DNA of 63,398 nucleotides, filler included, from Globobulimina sp. (GCA_003354225.1; 52 parts of 52 records of this genome joined end to end with filler, not necessarily neighbours in it), one strand, 5' to 3'. Counted from the whole stretch's first letter, positions 1-12,707 are shown. Translations and numbers: made by a program. The notes: generated from the letters alone by a model not told the origin.

Positions 1-58
1 GACTGTCAATAGATAGTATACAAGCAAATATATCTGAAAACGGTGTATAAAATAAACA

Positions 59-1122
59 CTAAACGTTTGCTAATTCGACGGCGCCAAAACTGTTACCACT
101 TAAACACACAGCAACAACCAAAAGAACGTTCCAATCGACAAACCATCCACGTACACCTTCTTGCACTGTGTTGTCAGTGAACCATTTCTTTTGCGCTTGG
201 AATAATTGTAATAAATTCATGCTCCATGGAATAAATATGAATATTATACCAATTGCAAATAATAACCATTCGGTTGCGTCGCCTAAACGCACACAAAACA
301 TTACATCACTGTAAAAGTCCCACGTATATAAGGCAAAAAATAATATCCCAAATGGTTTTACATTGTCTGATCCAATGCGTTTGGCGTAGATGTTTCCAAA
401 AATAGAAACAACGAAACATGTACCAACGAATACATAAATTATATATTTTAATACACTTACAACCTTTTCGGCAAAGGAAATCACAGTTTGTGGTGGAGGA
501 AGTGGCTGAGTTACTAACTCTGCATTCAATTTAATTACTATATACATAAATATATTAATAGTGTATACATCAAATGTAACATATAAATAATTATATATAA
601 CTTTTGAAATCATCAAGATCTAAACCTAAGAATTTACAACTTTCTCCATCCTCCAATTCACGCTCTAGCTCTATTTCTTGATTCATACAATTTTCTGTAT
701 ATTCAAAAAATGACTTTTTTTGCTGCAGTCTGCGTCGATCAGTGTCATCATCAGATTCTTGTTCAACTGTTATAGTTCCAGCTAATATATCGGTCAATTC
801 TGTCACTTTCTGTTCAGTTGCATCCATATCATTTCCTGTGATTATAAGCTACATATTTGGGTTTAATTTGAAGTATATAGTATTTACAATGAAAATAAAC
901 GTAAAAGTAAAACAAATAACTTTGATTATGCCCAAATACTGCGCACCAAACCGAGCGGGGATATATCCAGAATATTGTTCATTGTTTGCTAGCTCTTTTT
1001 TATTTTTTGCAAGCGCTTGTTTATGAGCATCACAATCAAATAGCTCATCATTCCAATCAGGATCGTTTTTAGTATCAAACGAAGACAATGTAAACACAAC
1101 ACACGTATATGCATCGTATAAG
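59..1122 (-). CDS. Multi-exon, multi-pass membrane protein of unknown function (partial)
   Basis: Three ORFs join in frame through GT-AG introns 849-920 and 538-601 (GIIK|LIITGND; DFKI|IKLNAE). The ectodomain has an RRRL motif, followed by several hydrophobic helices (LYTWDFYSDVMF). Confidence 0.7.
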
Positions 1123-1222
1123 NNNNNNNNNNNNNNNNNNNNNNNNNNNNNNNNNNNNNNNNNNNNTTAATTAATTAANNNNNNNNNNNNNNNNNNNNNN
1201 NNNNNNNNNNNNNNNNNNNNNN
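1123..1222. other. Artificial contig spacer N44-TTAATTAATTAA-N44 (first of 51 identical spacers, recurring about every 1.22 kb)
   Basis: Identical 100-nt block at regular spacing. The palindromic core has stops in all six frames, and inter-spacer lengths step down 1122>1121>1120. Confidence 0.99.
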
Positions 1223-1766
1223 CCTCAAACCATAATATTTCATCTTGCAAATTACTCTGTTCCATCAATAATGCGTTTTTATGGATATAATCGAAGATGT
1301 CTCCAACCAATGCATTTTTGTGATCATGATTCATAAATTTGTTGTCAGGTTGGAATATACCGGTATATATTTTATCAGCTTTGCTTATTTTTACATATTT
1401 CTTTAAATGAGGATAAATAGACAATATTTCACAATATATATCATTTGGAATTGGTGAGATTGCATATTTCATTTGAAATTCACGAATATATCCAAATACT
1501 AACAAAGTATCATGATCTTTGTCGTTAATGTCTGATTTTATGAAGCTTTTCACATCCAAATGATCAAATTGTTGATTTGTATTATCATTTTGTTTTGTAT
1601 CGATATCTGATGAATATAGGATTTGATTTGTTAAACTTGCAATGGCGGATTGTTCCAGATCTACAGATTGGTTTCTGATGTTAAAACCTTTTTGAATTGC
1701 TTTAGCAATAAAATATCTCACTTGTGATTCATTGTATTTATTTTCTTGACTGTTGTCTTCTGCCAT
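1223..1766 (-). CDS. Hypothetical protein with LVFGYIR..IPNDI motif (3' truncated)
   Basis: ATG at 1766, open to the contig end. The motif recurs in contigs at 44.1 kb and 49.1 kb. Confidence 0.6.
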
Positions 1767-2444
1767 CCCGGATCAAGTGAAAATGTTTGGTTTTTCTCAT
1801 TATAAAGCTCACTTTGCTTTGATGCTGCAGTTACACCACACACTTCATGCGATGGCTGATTATCACAATCTGATGGAATGAATTACATCACATTTAATAT
1901 TAATACACATTTTAAATCTCTCGAACAATTTTTTTTTTAAAGGAGAGGGTCAATTAAAGCCAGGGGGTAGCACAAAAATACCACAACATAACAATAAATA
2001 ACAATGACAAATAATAAAAAACCAAATAAAAAACAAAACATAAAAACAAGTTACACAAACAATCATAAGATATGGATTGGTAAAATAAATAAACTGCACA
2101 AAGCAGGCGCAGAATCTAAAAAGTATCAATTGTAAAAACGTATCGCGATCGTGTCAATTATGATACGATGATACGATGATGCGAATTGGGTTGAAATCAT
2201 CTCAAAATGAGTTGAGACTTGAGAATTAGGAAGGAAAATAGGTTAATAATAAAATGTTAAAGGTAACATTTAACTTTTTGCTTTTCAGTTTGAAATTACT
2301 GTTTTTACTGTAAACTCTTTGAATTTACAGTTTTTTACAGATTANNNNNNNNNNNNNNNNNNNNNNNNNNNNNNNNNNNNNNNNNNNNTTAATTAATTAA
2401 NNNNNNNNNNNNNNNNNNNNNNNNNNNNNNNNNNNNNNNNNNNN

Positions 2445-3513
2445 ATTGTAGTGTGCAGAATGTCTTAATTCATAATCAAAATCACTAATTGCTACCAAGT
2501 ATATGGTGGATTTATTAGTACCAACAAAAAAATGATCATCGGCTCTATTAATGGCTATTGATGTGACACCAGAATAACCAGATGCTTTGTTGAGATCACT
2601 TGCTATGGACAATGATCTAATAGTATTTAATTTGTTTTTTCCTAATAAGGCGATTACTCCATTCCCAGTACCCACTAAAACATGTTTGCCATCTTTTGTT
2701 AATGCAATTGATTGTATGCCCATTGAAAATGGTTTCGTATTTTTCTTTTGAAACAAAGTGTGTTGTAAAGAAATTTCTAATATATCACCACTCTGCGTTC
2801 CTGCATATATTTTTTCATCGTCTGCTGTAATTACAATACAATTAAACACACGCTTCAATGCACCCAATCTACAATCTGTTGGTCGTATCTTTCTGGCTTC
2901 TTTATCAAACTATAAAATGTATACTTTATTATGTATACAAAACATCGGAAAAAAATAAGCACTCAACTTTCCAAATACGAAAATTATATTTTCCTGCAGT
3001 CACTAAAGTGTTGTCGTTTGTGTTTGAGAATGAACAACAAAGCGCCGTGTCATTGGCCGCTGGAGAGCCACAAATTGAATCACCAGTTTCTACATTCCAT
3101 ATAACCAAATTGTTGTTATCCTCACCTCCTAATGTTGCAATATATTTATTTGACGCACTAAACGATATCGATTGAATCTTACTTTTATACAAATCTAATT
3201 TATGTAAAACTTTCCTTGATTCTAAATCCCAAATCCATATACTGGCCGGGAATCCAGCATGCGTCTTTTGTCCAGTTGCTAATAATTTGCCGTCATTTGA
3301 TAATTTGATGCATGATACGGCAGTTTGGGATCCTCCACCTGCGCATTGTAAGAAATATTGTTCATTTTTCAATAAATGTTTGACAACGACAGTGGAACCT
3401 AATGCATATAAAATATGTGAGTCATCGTTATGTAAAATTAATGATCCTGATACATTTCCTGCAAAACCTATTACTGATTCTAATTCCAACGAACCGACTG
3501 CCGATGTTGACAT
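2445..3513 (-). CDS. CFAP52: WD40 cilia/flagella-associated protein 52 (WDR16), 5' part, one intron
   Basis: N-terminus LELESVIGFAGNV..LILH.D..HILYALGSTVVVK matches CFAP52. Intron 2910-2967 (GTTGAG..ATAG) restores FRIWK|FDKEARKIRPTDCRLGALKR. Confidence 0.88.
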
Positions 3514-3899
3514 CGCAAGACTTTGTTAATGGGATTAAGGATGTTCAGAAGTGGGCTACTCACTTTNNNNNNNNNNNNNNNNNNNNNNNNNNNNNNNNNN
3601 NNNNNNNNNNTTAATTAATTAANNNNNNNNNNNNNNNNNNNNNNNNNNNNNNNNNNNNNNNNNNNNAAATAATTAAAGTATACAAATATAAATAATGATT
3701 GACCTTCTCCAATGTGATATTAGTGGCATATAATCGTTTTAATGTTCATTGATGAATGATCTGCAATATAATATTGCATATTTGTTCTTTTTATTTGTAT
3801 TGAGTGCTTCAAAACGCGATGTCTGAAAATGAGAGAAAATTACTACTGTGATTATTTTGCTGACTAATCAAAATATTTTTTCTTTTCCGGAATTTTCCA

Positions 3900-4212
3900 G
3901 AATTTTCCTGAAAAACTTTTCTGAAAATGTTCTTGAAAAACGTTTCTGAAAATGTCCTAAAAACGTTTCTGAAAATGTTCCTGAAAAACGTTTCTGAAAA
4001 TGGTCCTGAAAAACGTTTCTGAAAATGTCCTAAAAACGTTTCTGAAAATGTGTCAGAAAACATTTCTCTATTTCTCAGATTTATTTTGTCGGAAAACGTT
4101 TCTATAATTCTCGGATTTGTTTTGTCTGGAAACGTTTCTATAATTCTCGGATTTATTTTCTAAAAGTGTTTCTGAAAATGTTCCTGAAAAACGTTTCTGA
4201 AAATGTTCTAAA
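3900..4212. repeat. Composite tandem repeat: ~24-25 bp CTGAAAAACGTTTCTGAAAATGTTC units plus three ~36 bp units
   Basis: Directly visible. The 36-bp unit is shared with 39893-40211. Confidence 0.9.
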
Positions 4213-4888
4213 ATTTGTGTTTTGTTTTGTTTTCGTCGTTTTACCATTAAAAAAGATAGAGAGACAAGAAGACAAAACAAAACAAGACAAAACAAATCTA
4301 TCTTCAAAAAACACTGGTATGAGGGTCTATCGACCCAATTATATGATGCAGGGAGACTAGATATTAATCACAACGCCACAAAATTCTAAATTACAATAAT
4401 TTAGAGGTAGTCTCCTACATCAAATAATATATTGTAATCAAACAAATAAAAGCAAATCTGAAATTACAGCGTTTTATGAGTGGCAGCTTTGGAAGGAAAG
4501 TTTGTGAAATAAGATTTCAAATGTTCAAATGTTTTATCCGAAAAATCAAAAATAATACTAATTACTAGAAGTCGTAACCACCATCACCATGATGGCCGTG
4601 GTCGTGCCCGTTCCAGAGCTGTAAAGTTTTGCAGCGTATACTTCACTGCATTAGTGCGTATACCTTGCTCATGTCTACTAAGCTAACATGGAACCATAAC
4701 ACACAGTCATACCATAGTGGTATATGCATACTGATCGCAACATAAGTGCATATACCTGCATATACCTCAAGTAGCAACAGAGAGGAAGNNNNNNNNNNNN
4801 NNNNNNNNNNNNNNNNNNNNNNNNNNNNNNNNTTAATTAATTAANNNNNNNNNNNNNNNNNNNNNNNNNNNNNNNNNNNNNNNNNNNN

Positions 4889-5734
4889 TTCGCATGGTTT
4901 ATACCGATCAATATTCCAATCTGCATGTTGTAAAAACGTAATGGTTACCAACCAATGGTTGGCAATCAAATAAGGCACCAAACAAAAGCATATAAAATTC
5001 GATAATCCAATGACTTTATAGATGCGGAATAGACAGCAAAGCCATGCAATTAAACCAATATCGGATAATAATACTAAATTAACCATATAAGGAGGGAAAT
5101 ATTGGCAATATGGATTAAAATGATTGACCCACCACAATTTGCCGTGCTTTGGAGGCCCGGACCAATCAAAAAATAGATATAACGGCCAGCCTAAGAGGGA
5201 AAATCTGAGAATACCCAGTAACCGATCCAAAGCTCCTCGGTTTCGTGGCTTGTGAGTGGCGTATCTTAGCCGCGGCTGATGAACCGTGTCAGTTTCCAGA
5301 TTGTTGGTTGCCGCGTGATGCTGTCCATGCGTATGCCGCCAGGAAAAATATGGTACCAACAACACGGTATGCAACGTGTAGCCAACCACTGTGTTTAACA
5401 ATTTATTCGGCGTAAATGCGTGATGGCCGCATTCGTGAGCAATGACCCAAACACCCGTAAAAAAAGCACCATGGACATACCACCACAGCAGCCACAGTGC
5501 CATACGCAACGTTACAAACGGCACATATTCTGCAGTTAAGTAATTGATTGCGACGTAATAAGAAATTAGAATTAAGGCGAAATCTTGAAATAAATAATAA
5601 AATGATTTAATATAAGATCGTTGGAAATATTCTGCAGGTATAAGACTTCGAATGTCTTTCATTGAAAATTCCGGATTTTTCGATACTTTGCTACAATCCT
5701 CGATATTGTCATCGGTGCGGACTGTTGTTGCTGA
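4889..5734 (-). CDS. Delta-12/omega-6-type fatty acid desaturase (FAD2-like), partial
   Basis: PEFSMKDIRSLIP N-terminal motif, His boxes HECGHH and HGQHH, LLVPYFSW, HFNP and ITFLQH. The exon starts at a CAG acceptor at 5735-5737. Confidence 0.92.
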
Positions 5735-6360
5735 CTGTAAAATACATATATATTATAAATGTATGCAGTGTGCCCCGCAGTGTGTTTATTTGGACTCATT
5801 TCGATTTGGTGTGGACTCGTCTGGACTCATTTTTGTGGACTCATACCATTTGAACTTATTTTTGGGAATCATGGCATTTTTGGACTCATTTTTTTATTGG
5901 CGGCATCCAAAAAATTAAGATAGGGCCTGACTCGGTGTTGTAAAAAAAAGTATAGCGGTGAACTACTTTTTTTTAGCTGAGCGACGGATCTCTTGGTTCT
6001 TGTGCATCGTNNNNNNNNNNNNNNNNNNNNNNNNNNNNNNNNNNNNNNNNNNNNTTAATTAATTAANNNNNNNNNNNNNNNNNNNNNNNNNNNNNNNNNN
6101 NNNNNNNNNNTTATCCACATTATGAATGGCTTCTGAACCATTAAAGTTAAAATAATTTACTATTGATACGGTTGGTGGCGAATCGTCTATGGGTTCTGCA
6201 CTGGTTGTAATTGATGGTTGTGATGTGTCGGATGTTTTAGAATCATCATTGTCTGGATAACCATTCATGATGCAAAATCAATGGAATTCGAGATATTTGG
6301 TTTCTTTAATGAGCAATAAATGAGGAAGTATTGTTAGTGTATAAAGGTTAGAAATTTCAT

Positions 6361-6447
6361 GTTGATAGTTGATAGTTGATAGTTGATACTTGATAGTTGA
6401 TAGCAAAAACCTCTACTACTTGATAGCTACTAGTTGATAGTTGATAG
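6361..6447. repeat. (GTTGATA)n minisatellite
   Basis: Six tandem 7-mers at 6361-6402 plus further copies nearby. Confidence 0.9.
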
Positions 6448-7332
6448 CTAGTACGCAAAGTGCTAACGATCCATTGATACATCCATTACACAGTCAAACC
6501 AATCGATTCAGTGTTAGTCCAAAACACACAGCCGAGCCAACCACACAGTCGCACAGTCGCACAAAACACACAGTTACAGCATACAAAAGGATTAAATAAC
6601 CATTACCAAGTTGTAACAAATCAAAATCAAAATGCAAAATACAAACATATCAATATTATTTAATTAATTTTTCTTTTGCAATGATTGCAAAAACTCATTC
6701 TTTTCAATTATAACACTCCATCCCTTGACACATAACTCGACATTCGCTTTCTCATCACCTTCTGGCACGAAATAATATCCACGGTCCTCAAAACCACCAC
6801 ACATCATACGACCCGATCTTCCGGGGTTTAGAGATGAATTCTGAATTCTCATTATATTTTTTGCAATTTGCAATTAACCACAATGCGTGTTGTTCATTTT
6901 TAAGATCTTGCGGTTCATCTTCAAAACCTAAAACACGTATCAATAATACATAAAATAAATAACCACCGGGTTGGACCTGTCCGCCAATACATTGTTTAAC
7001 GTTGCTGTGTTATTTTTTGTCGGTAATATTTGCAAACAACTTCGATAGCAACACAGTACATACACTTTATTCAATCGCTCACGAACACAGAATATATTTT
7101 CTCTCAATTTTTTATAACCTCCATGTTTTCCGCCATTTTTTTTGAGCCTAAGATCACAAAATTCAATATGGTGTTGATTCGGATGTTCCGACAAGAAAGA
7201 CATGATGAAACTTTGATGAAATTAAGACCGCANNNNNNNNNNNNNNNNNNNNNNNNNNNNNNNNNNNNNNNNNNNNTTAATTAATTAANNNNNNNNNNNN
7301 NNNNNNNNNNNNNNNNNNNNNNNNNNNNNNNN

Positions 7333-7587
7333 AGTTTTATTTTTCTTTCTTGCTTTGCTTCTTCTCTTTCTTGCTGCCAATTGCGATGGAGAACGCCAAC
7401 GGTTTTTCAGCGAATGCTGCCAATTTTTCTCATTAAATAATGTATCGAGTTTTTCAGCGAATCCACCACCATTATAATTATCATCGTGATTTCGAAAAGA
7501 ATTCCTAAAGTCTGGCATTTCGAAATGATCCAATGCTTTAAATGACGATGGTGTTTGGCCAGAATTCAGATCTGGTATAACCAGCAT
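7333..7587 (-). CDS. Hypothetical protein N-terminus with basic NLS-like stretch
   Basis: ATG 7587 open to the contig end; ARKRRSKARKKNK. Confidence 0.45.
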
Positions 7588-7777
7588 TAAGTTTTAGTGC
7601 TGGAGTTTATTTTTAGGCGCAAAGAAAAATCACTTCGCACCATATTATAGCGCTGTTTCAACGAAATATAAAAGTTTTATGTTTGTAGTTTCAACGTATT
7701 ATAAATAACACAAAAAATAAAGGTGACATCACACTTTTACTTTTTCAATAACTCAAAGTATTTTGCTACTGCCAGTT

Positions 7778-8454
7778 CTATGCATGAACGCGACTGAAAA
7801 ACGAGAACGATGTGTCAACAGATAATACATTACCACCTAATGTTGCATTAAATAAATGTTTATATCCAATGGCACAAATAACTGCAGTTGGAAATGATAA
7901 AATGGCTTTGTTTACCTTTGTATTGCCCAATAAATGAAGAACAGCACAGTCGACACTGCATAACTCCGCCACATAATTCTTTAATTTATCTCTATCATAA
8001 TCTAAAGGGATATTACCAATCATTAATTCTTTGAGGTCAAACCTATTAATTGCGGACAGGTTTTGTTGTTTTTTATCTATCAATGTACTCTCGGCCTTTA
8101 TTTGGCTGTTTTCCGCTTTGTTTTGTTTTGAATCATCAACATTATCCTCCATTGAATGTACAGTGGAAATTGCAATGTCTTCATCTTTACATTCATTATT
8201 TAATTTTGGTTTTTCCGTTGATTTATAATTCTGATCGTGGTTTTTATTTTGATTTGAATCAAATTCATTGTCACCATCATCTTCTCCGTCCCAATAATTT
8301 ATTGTAACCTTCCTTCGTTTGAAAAACTTTCCATTTAATTGACTGACAATTAAGCTCGCATATTCTGCACTATTTAAGTGTATTTTGGCCATTCCAAATC
8401 GAAAACCTTTCTCATTTTCAGATATCTCAACGCCATCTACATAAAAATTACTAC
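7778..8454 (-). CDS. RRM-domain RNA-binding protein, C-terminal part
   Basis: End of one RRM (FGMAKIHL..A...VSQLNGKFFKRRKVTINY) and a second divergent RRM (ELMIGNIPLDYDRDKLK..AILSF..LFNATLGGNVLSV). Confidence 0.7.
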
Positions 8455-9334
8455 NNNNNNNNNNNNNNNNNNNNNNNNNNNNNNNNNNNNNNNNNNNNTT
8501 AATTAATTAANNNNNNNNNNNNNNNNNNNNNNNNNNNNNNNNNNNNNNNNNNNNAACCAAACATCCAGTTAACTTGTGAAGCAATCCAAGCCTTCATTTT
8601 ATGGCGATACCTTCGTGAATAAGAACATTCCTCCATCACTCAATTTGGCTGACAAAAGACTTGTTTCAACAATACTCTGTGAAACCAGGTTAGTTTACAT
8701 TTGATAAAGCATTCAAATTATTCCTCATACACTTTATCATATATGTAAACCTGACCTTAGCCAGCGTACTCTATTGTTATTCACCCAAATGCCACCCCAT
8801 TTATATAAAGTATGCTGCATATCACATAACAGATTCCTTTACACAAAAAGTACATTTTATAGTGTCCAATATTAATTTATGTTCCAAGTAAATTACGGTC
8901 CTAGACGTGAACAATTACGGCCCAAATATCAATTTGCGGTCCGAGTAATTTACAGTCCTGAATTTTACAATTTACGGTCCGGTTTTTAAAAATAATTTTT
9001 TTCTTTTTTTCCCTTTTCCGGTCCTATTCGATCAGCAATATTGGGGTAGTCAGTCAAAATTATACACACATCCTGGAGTCAGATAATATTGGGGTTAAAC
9101 CATTTAATATTTTACACATTTTCTGTTGTATTGATATAGTGCTAAAGATTGCTATAAATTTATTTTGTGCAATTGCATTGTGGTTTATTCCAGTAGTATT
9201 AAAAGAGTACTACAACGTTTGCATCTGTTTGAAGCCCAAACACGAATTGCATAAAAACGTTTACACTGCATACACAAGCATTGATCCTCTTTTCCTTAAC
9301 AGTTTGGAGCTTCAAGGAAAATTCCAATTTTCCA

Positions 9335-9452
9335 GAATTTTTGAAATTTTGGATTTTGGAAATTTTTTGAATTTTTGAAAGTTTTTGAATTTTTGAAAAT
9401 TTTTAAATTTTTGAAAATTTTTGAAATTTTGAAATTTTTCCAATTTTCGAAT
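9335..9452. repeat. Low-complexity (AATTTTTGA)n tract
   Basis: Degenerate 9-10 bp units, directly visible. Confidence 0.85.
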
Positions 9453-9785
9453 TTTACTTTCCTCTTGGTAAATTTCCTATTCCTGTATTTTTTGTATTAG
9501 TCATGTCTTCCTTAGGTGGTTATAAATCCTCTATTACCAAATCTAGGGACAACATTTGCAAACTCAAAAAGGAAATTGCAAACATTATAGCACAACCTGC
9601 AAACATTACAAAAGCTAATGAACAACAACTGCATGAATTTGAAACAAGAGTAGGTGATCTTTATGCAAAACTACTANNNNNNNNNNNNNNNNNNNNNNNN
9701 NNNNNNNNNNNNNNNNNNNNTTAATTAATTAANNNNNNNNNNNNNNNNNNNNNNNNNNNNNNNNNNNNNNNNNNNNGGTACAAAG

Positions 9786-10855
9786 TTATTTTTTTTTATA
9801 TTTATACTCATTATAAAATGCTTCAAATTGTAAATCGCGCAATTTCCTTTTCATATTTGTGGCCAAGTCCTTTGCATGTTTACTTTTGGCAAATTTTTGA
9901 TTTTTTTTACTATTTTCAAAATATCGCGGCAACACATCGATAATATCGGAACCAAAAAACCGCGAAACCTGACCATTTAAATACAAATAGGCGCGGATCG
10001 AATTGACAGAGTCGACGTGAAACGACACCATCAACAAAGCGCCTTTTGCTGCAAATCCAGAATTTATATTATCGACATTCAAGCATTCATCAATATCCTT
10101 TTTCGCATTCTTCATCGATTCATTATATCCAATATTTGGAATTATCGACGTTTGGCTCGAATCAAAATACCACAGAGCCTTATTATTATGCGGGATCGTG
10201 TTGCAATTATTGGGTGGCTCGAAAAATATAATCTCATCCTCTACGATAATATCATTATTATTTCCAGCCGGTTTCCGACGGTCAATAAAAGAGCACAGCC
10301 TATGATTCCTCGGATATTCCTCAAATTCCTGCCCACCATACTTTTTTTTGATCGCTGTGTCTCGAAAATTATCATAATTGGTCTATAATAGTATGAGTTA
10401 AATTTTCTCACATAGCTAACTTTTGAATTAGCTAGTTTATAGTAACCATCTACTTCAAATGATCTTAGAAAATCGTTTACTAAGAATGAACAATTCAATT
10501 TATCATCAAAAAATGAGCGTGAAAATCCAATATAAACAGTATATGCCGGTTTTCTATAATAGATCCCATCAAATCTGGTACCTAAATACTGTGCATTTAA
10601 TTCAACTTTTCCAATTTTCTCAATCAGTAAACTGTTTCGTGAGTACATATATGCTCTTGGTACAAACTCATCTGTTTGAAATTCAGGTCTGTCATCCTTG
10701 ATTTTATCGAAAGTTAAACCAACTATATTGAATGATCTGAATTTTTTATGTATAATTGGAATAGTAAGAGATGTAAAATAGCTATGTTCTGATTGTACAT
10801 TTAGTTGTTTTAATATTGTTGAATTATGTCCGTTGCTGCCTTCAACCTGGGCCAC
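9786..10855 (-). CDS. Hypothetical protein, two exons
   Basis: A 38-nt intron at 10383-10420 (GTTAGC..ATAG) joins ANSK|TNYDNFRD and runs in frame into the 9786-10115 ORF. Confidence 0.65.
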
Positions 10856-11109
10856 GTATACCTGACCCTCCCCGCGCTGCGGGACCTGGACGCCGCCGNN
10901 NNNNNNNNNNNNNNNNNNNNNNNNNNNNNNNNNNNNNNNNNNTTAATTAATTAANNNNNNNNNNNNNNNNNNNNNNNNNNNNNNNNNNNNNNNNNNNNAA
11001 AATCATACATTCTATAATGTAGGATCACATTTTGCCTGGGAAAGGTCGCCCAGACTTCTGTAGTCCTACATTATGATCATTTGTATGATTCTTCCTCTTA
11101 TAGGAGTTA

Positions 11110-11861
11110 CCACTGTACATATAAGTAATAACATAATCCATGGCATATGCATAATAATTATCAACTTCAATATCAATATCAATGACCTTTTTTCTTTGTT
11201 CAATTGCCATACGAATTACTTCTGAACAATGAGGTAATTCTGCTGCGTATTTCTTATGCACTAAATAAATTCTATTATTTATGATTGGTGTTAATTAATT
11301 GGCAAACTGTTTACAAATTAAATGGAAACATACTTTGTATATTTTTGAGGTGAATTGGAGCCAATTTTAATTACAAATGATACTTTTAAAATTAAATCTA
11401 ATGGACCTGTATGATTGATATTTGATATACAATATGGAGTGTCTAAGATAATATTATTTGGTAATTCAAATGGTTTTGATAATATTTCTGAATATTTTAT
11501 CCATGCTTTTGGTGAACAAATATCGGTTGTTAAATTGATTCCTTTTTGAGTTGAATAAAATGATTTGTATACATGGCAATTAAATGGAAAAAGGGATGTA
11601 AACTAAACTGTCAATCATTGGTTCATGGAGTAGAAATGTAGTTGGTGTTATATTATTGTTCGAATCGCAATTAAATGATGTTTCTAATGGGTTATTTGTA
11701 TTATAAACTCCATTTGTTTGTATTTGTTGTTTTTGATTATTTGATTGAAATGATTTGGTTGGTTTGGTATTTGGTTTTGATGATTTTTCTTGAGACGTTT
11801 CACTGCTATTGAGTTCTGATTCTGTTAAACTGATTGCATCTAAGGAATCTAACAACTCCAT
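11110..11861 (-). CDS. BTB/POZ-domain protein, multi-exon, partial
   Basis: Introns 11542-11608 and 11272-11333 give DLILKV..KIYLVHKKYAAELPHCSEVIRMAI..IDIDIE...AMDYVITYMYSG, a BTB-like signature. Confidence 0.65.
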
Positions 11862-12220
11862 GGTTTAGTTGAGTCACTAAGCTGAAAATGAGAAAATTGT
11901 TTGAAAACTTTGCAAATGACGGCTAAAAAACATCATGAACCATTGCGATTGTTCAGAATATCTATGGTTTATGTTGGGTTTTTTATAGGTTTGCCATCAA
12001 TGACGTTTTTTAGCCGCAAATGACAATAAGCAAAAGATCAATCAGCGGTTAATGGCAAATATCAACAAAAGCCATTTTGGAGTGCACTCAGAATTAGTCA
12101 CAGCTAGGATCAACCAGTTCNNNNNNNNNNNNNNNNNNNNNNNNNNNNNNNNNNNNNNNNNNNNTTAATTAATTAANNNNNNNNNNNNNNNNNNNNNNNN
12201 NNNNNNNNNNNNNNNNNNNN

Positions 12221-12503
12221 GCTTCCTCTTTGGGATGCCGGGGCCGGAGACGATGAGCGGCACGTGGAGCCCGGCCTCGGTTGGAGTCTGCTTGTGGCGC
12301 ACGAGATGCGGGGCGCCGTGGTCGGAGAAGTAGAAAACAATCGTTGAGTCGACAAGACTATCTTTCTTGAGGTTGTCGAGAATGACGGCGAGCTGTTCGT
12401 CGTTCTTGCGGATGGTGTTGTAGTGCTCCGCGACGACTTTCCGGTAGATTTCGTTGTTGGGGTAGTCGGCCGGGACGGTGACCGTGTCGGGATCGACTTT
12501 TTT
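12221..12503 (-). CDS. Bacterial sulfatase fragment (GC-rich)
   Basis: HYNTIRKNDEQLAVILDNLK..STIVFYFSDHG..EAGLHVPLIVSGPGI is the typical sulfatase C-terminal core. Confidence 0.85.
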
Positions 12504-12707
12504 CTCCTCCGGATAGAACATTTACTTTTGTTTCCGGCGGAGGGCATCTTAAAGCGTCCATTGCCATTTCTAATCTTGAATCAAGATCCCATGCATCCAT
12601 TAGATCAAGTTGCTCTTGAACCACAGCCTGTCGCTTTAGAACTTTATCCATTTGCTCGTCTGACATCGGTTCGGCAAAACTATTGTTAATGGTTTCAAAT
12701 TCATTTA
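12500..12707 (-). CDS. ettA: Bacterial ABC-F ATPase EttA/ChvD fragment
   Basis: FAEPMSDEQMDKVLKRQAVVQEQLDLMDAWDLDSRLEMAMDALRCPP..VNVLSGGEK: EttA arm region and ABC signature. Confidence 0.88.

Noticed and set aside
1167..1178. Regularly spaced TTAATTAATTAA as a biological repeat or CRISPR-like array
   Set aside because: Always flanked by exactly 44 Ns each side; it is a six-frame-stop linker.
3809..4360. Short ORFs with FSETF/SENYRN repeats
   Set aside because: Translations of satellite DNA.
10330..10360. Programmed -1 frameshift at an A8 run linking the two ORFs
   Set aside because: A 38-nt GT-AG intron at 10383-10420 explains the frame change more simply.
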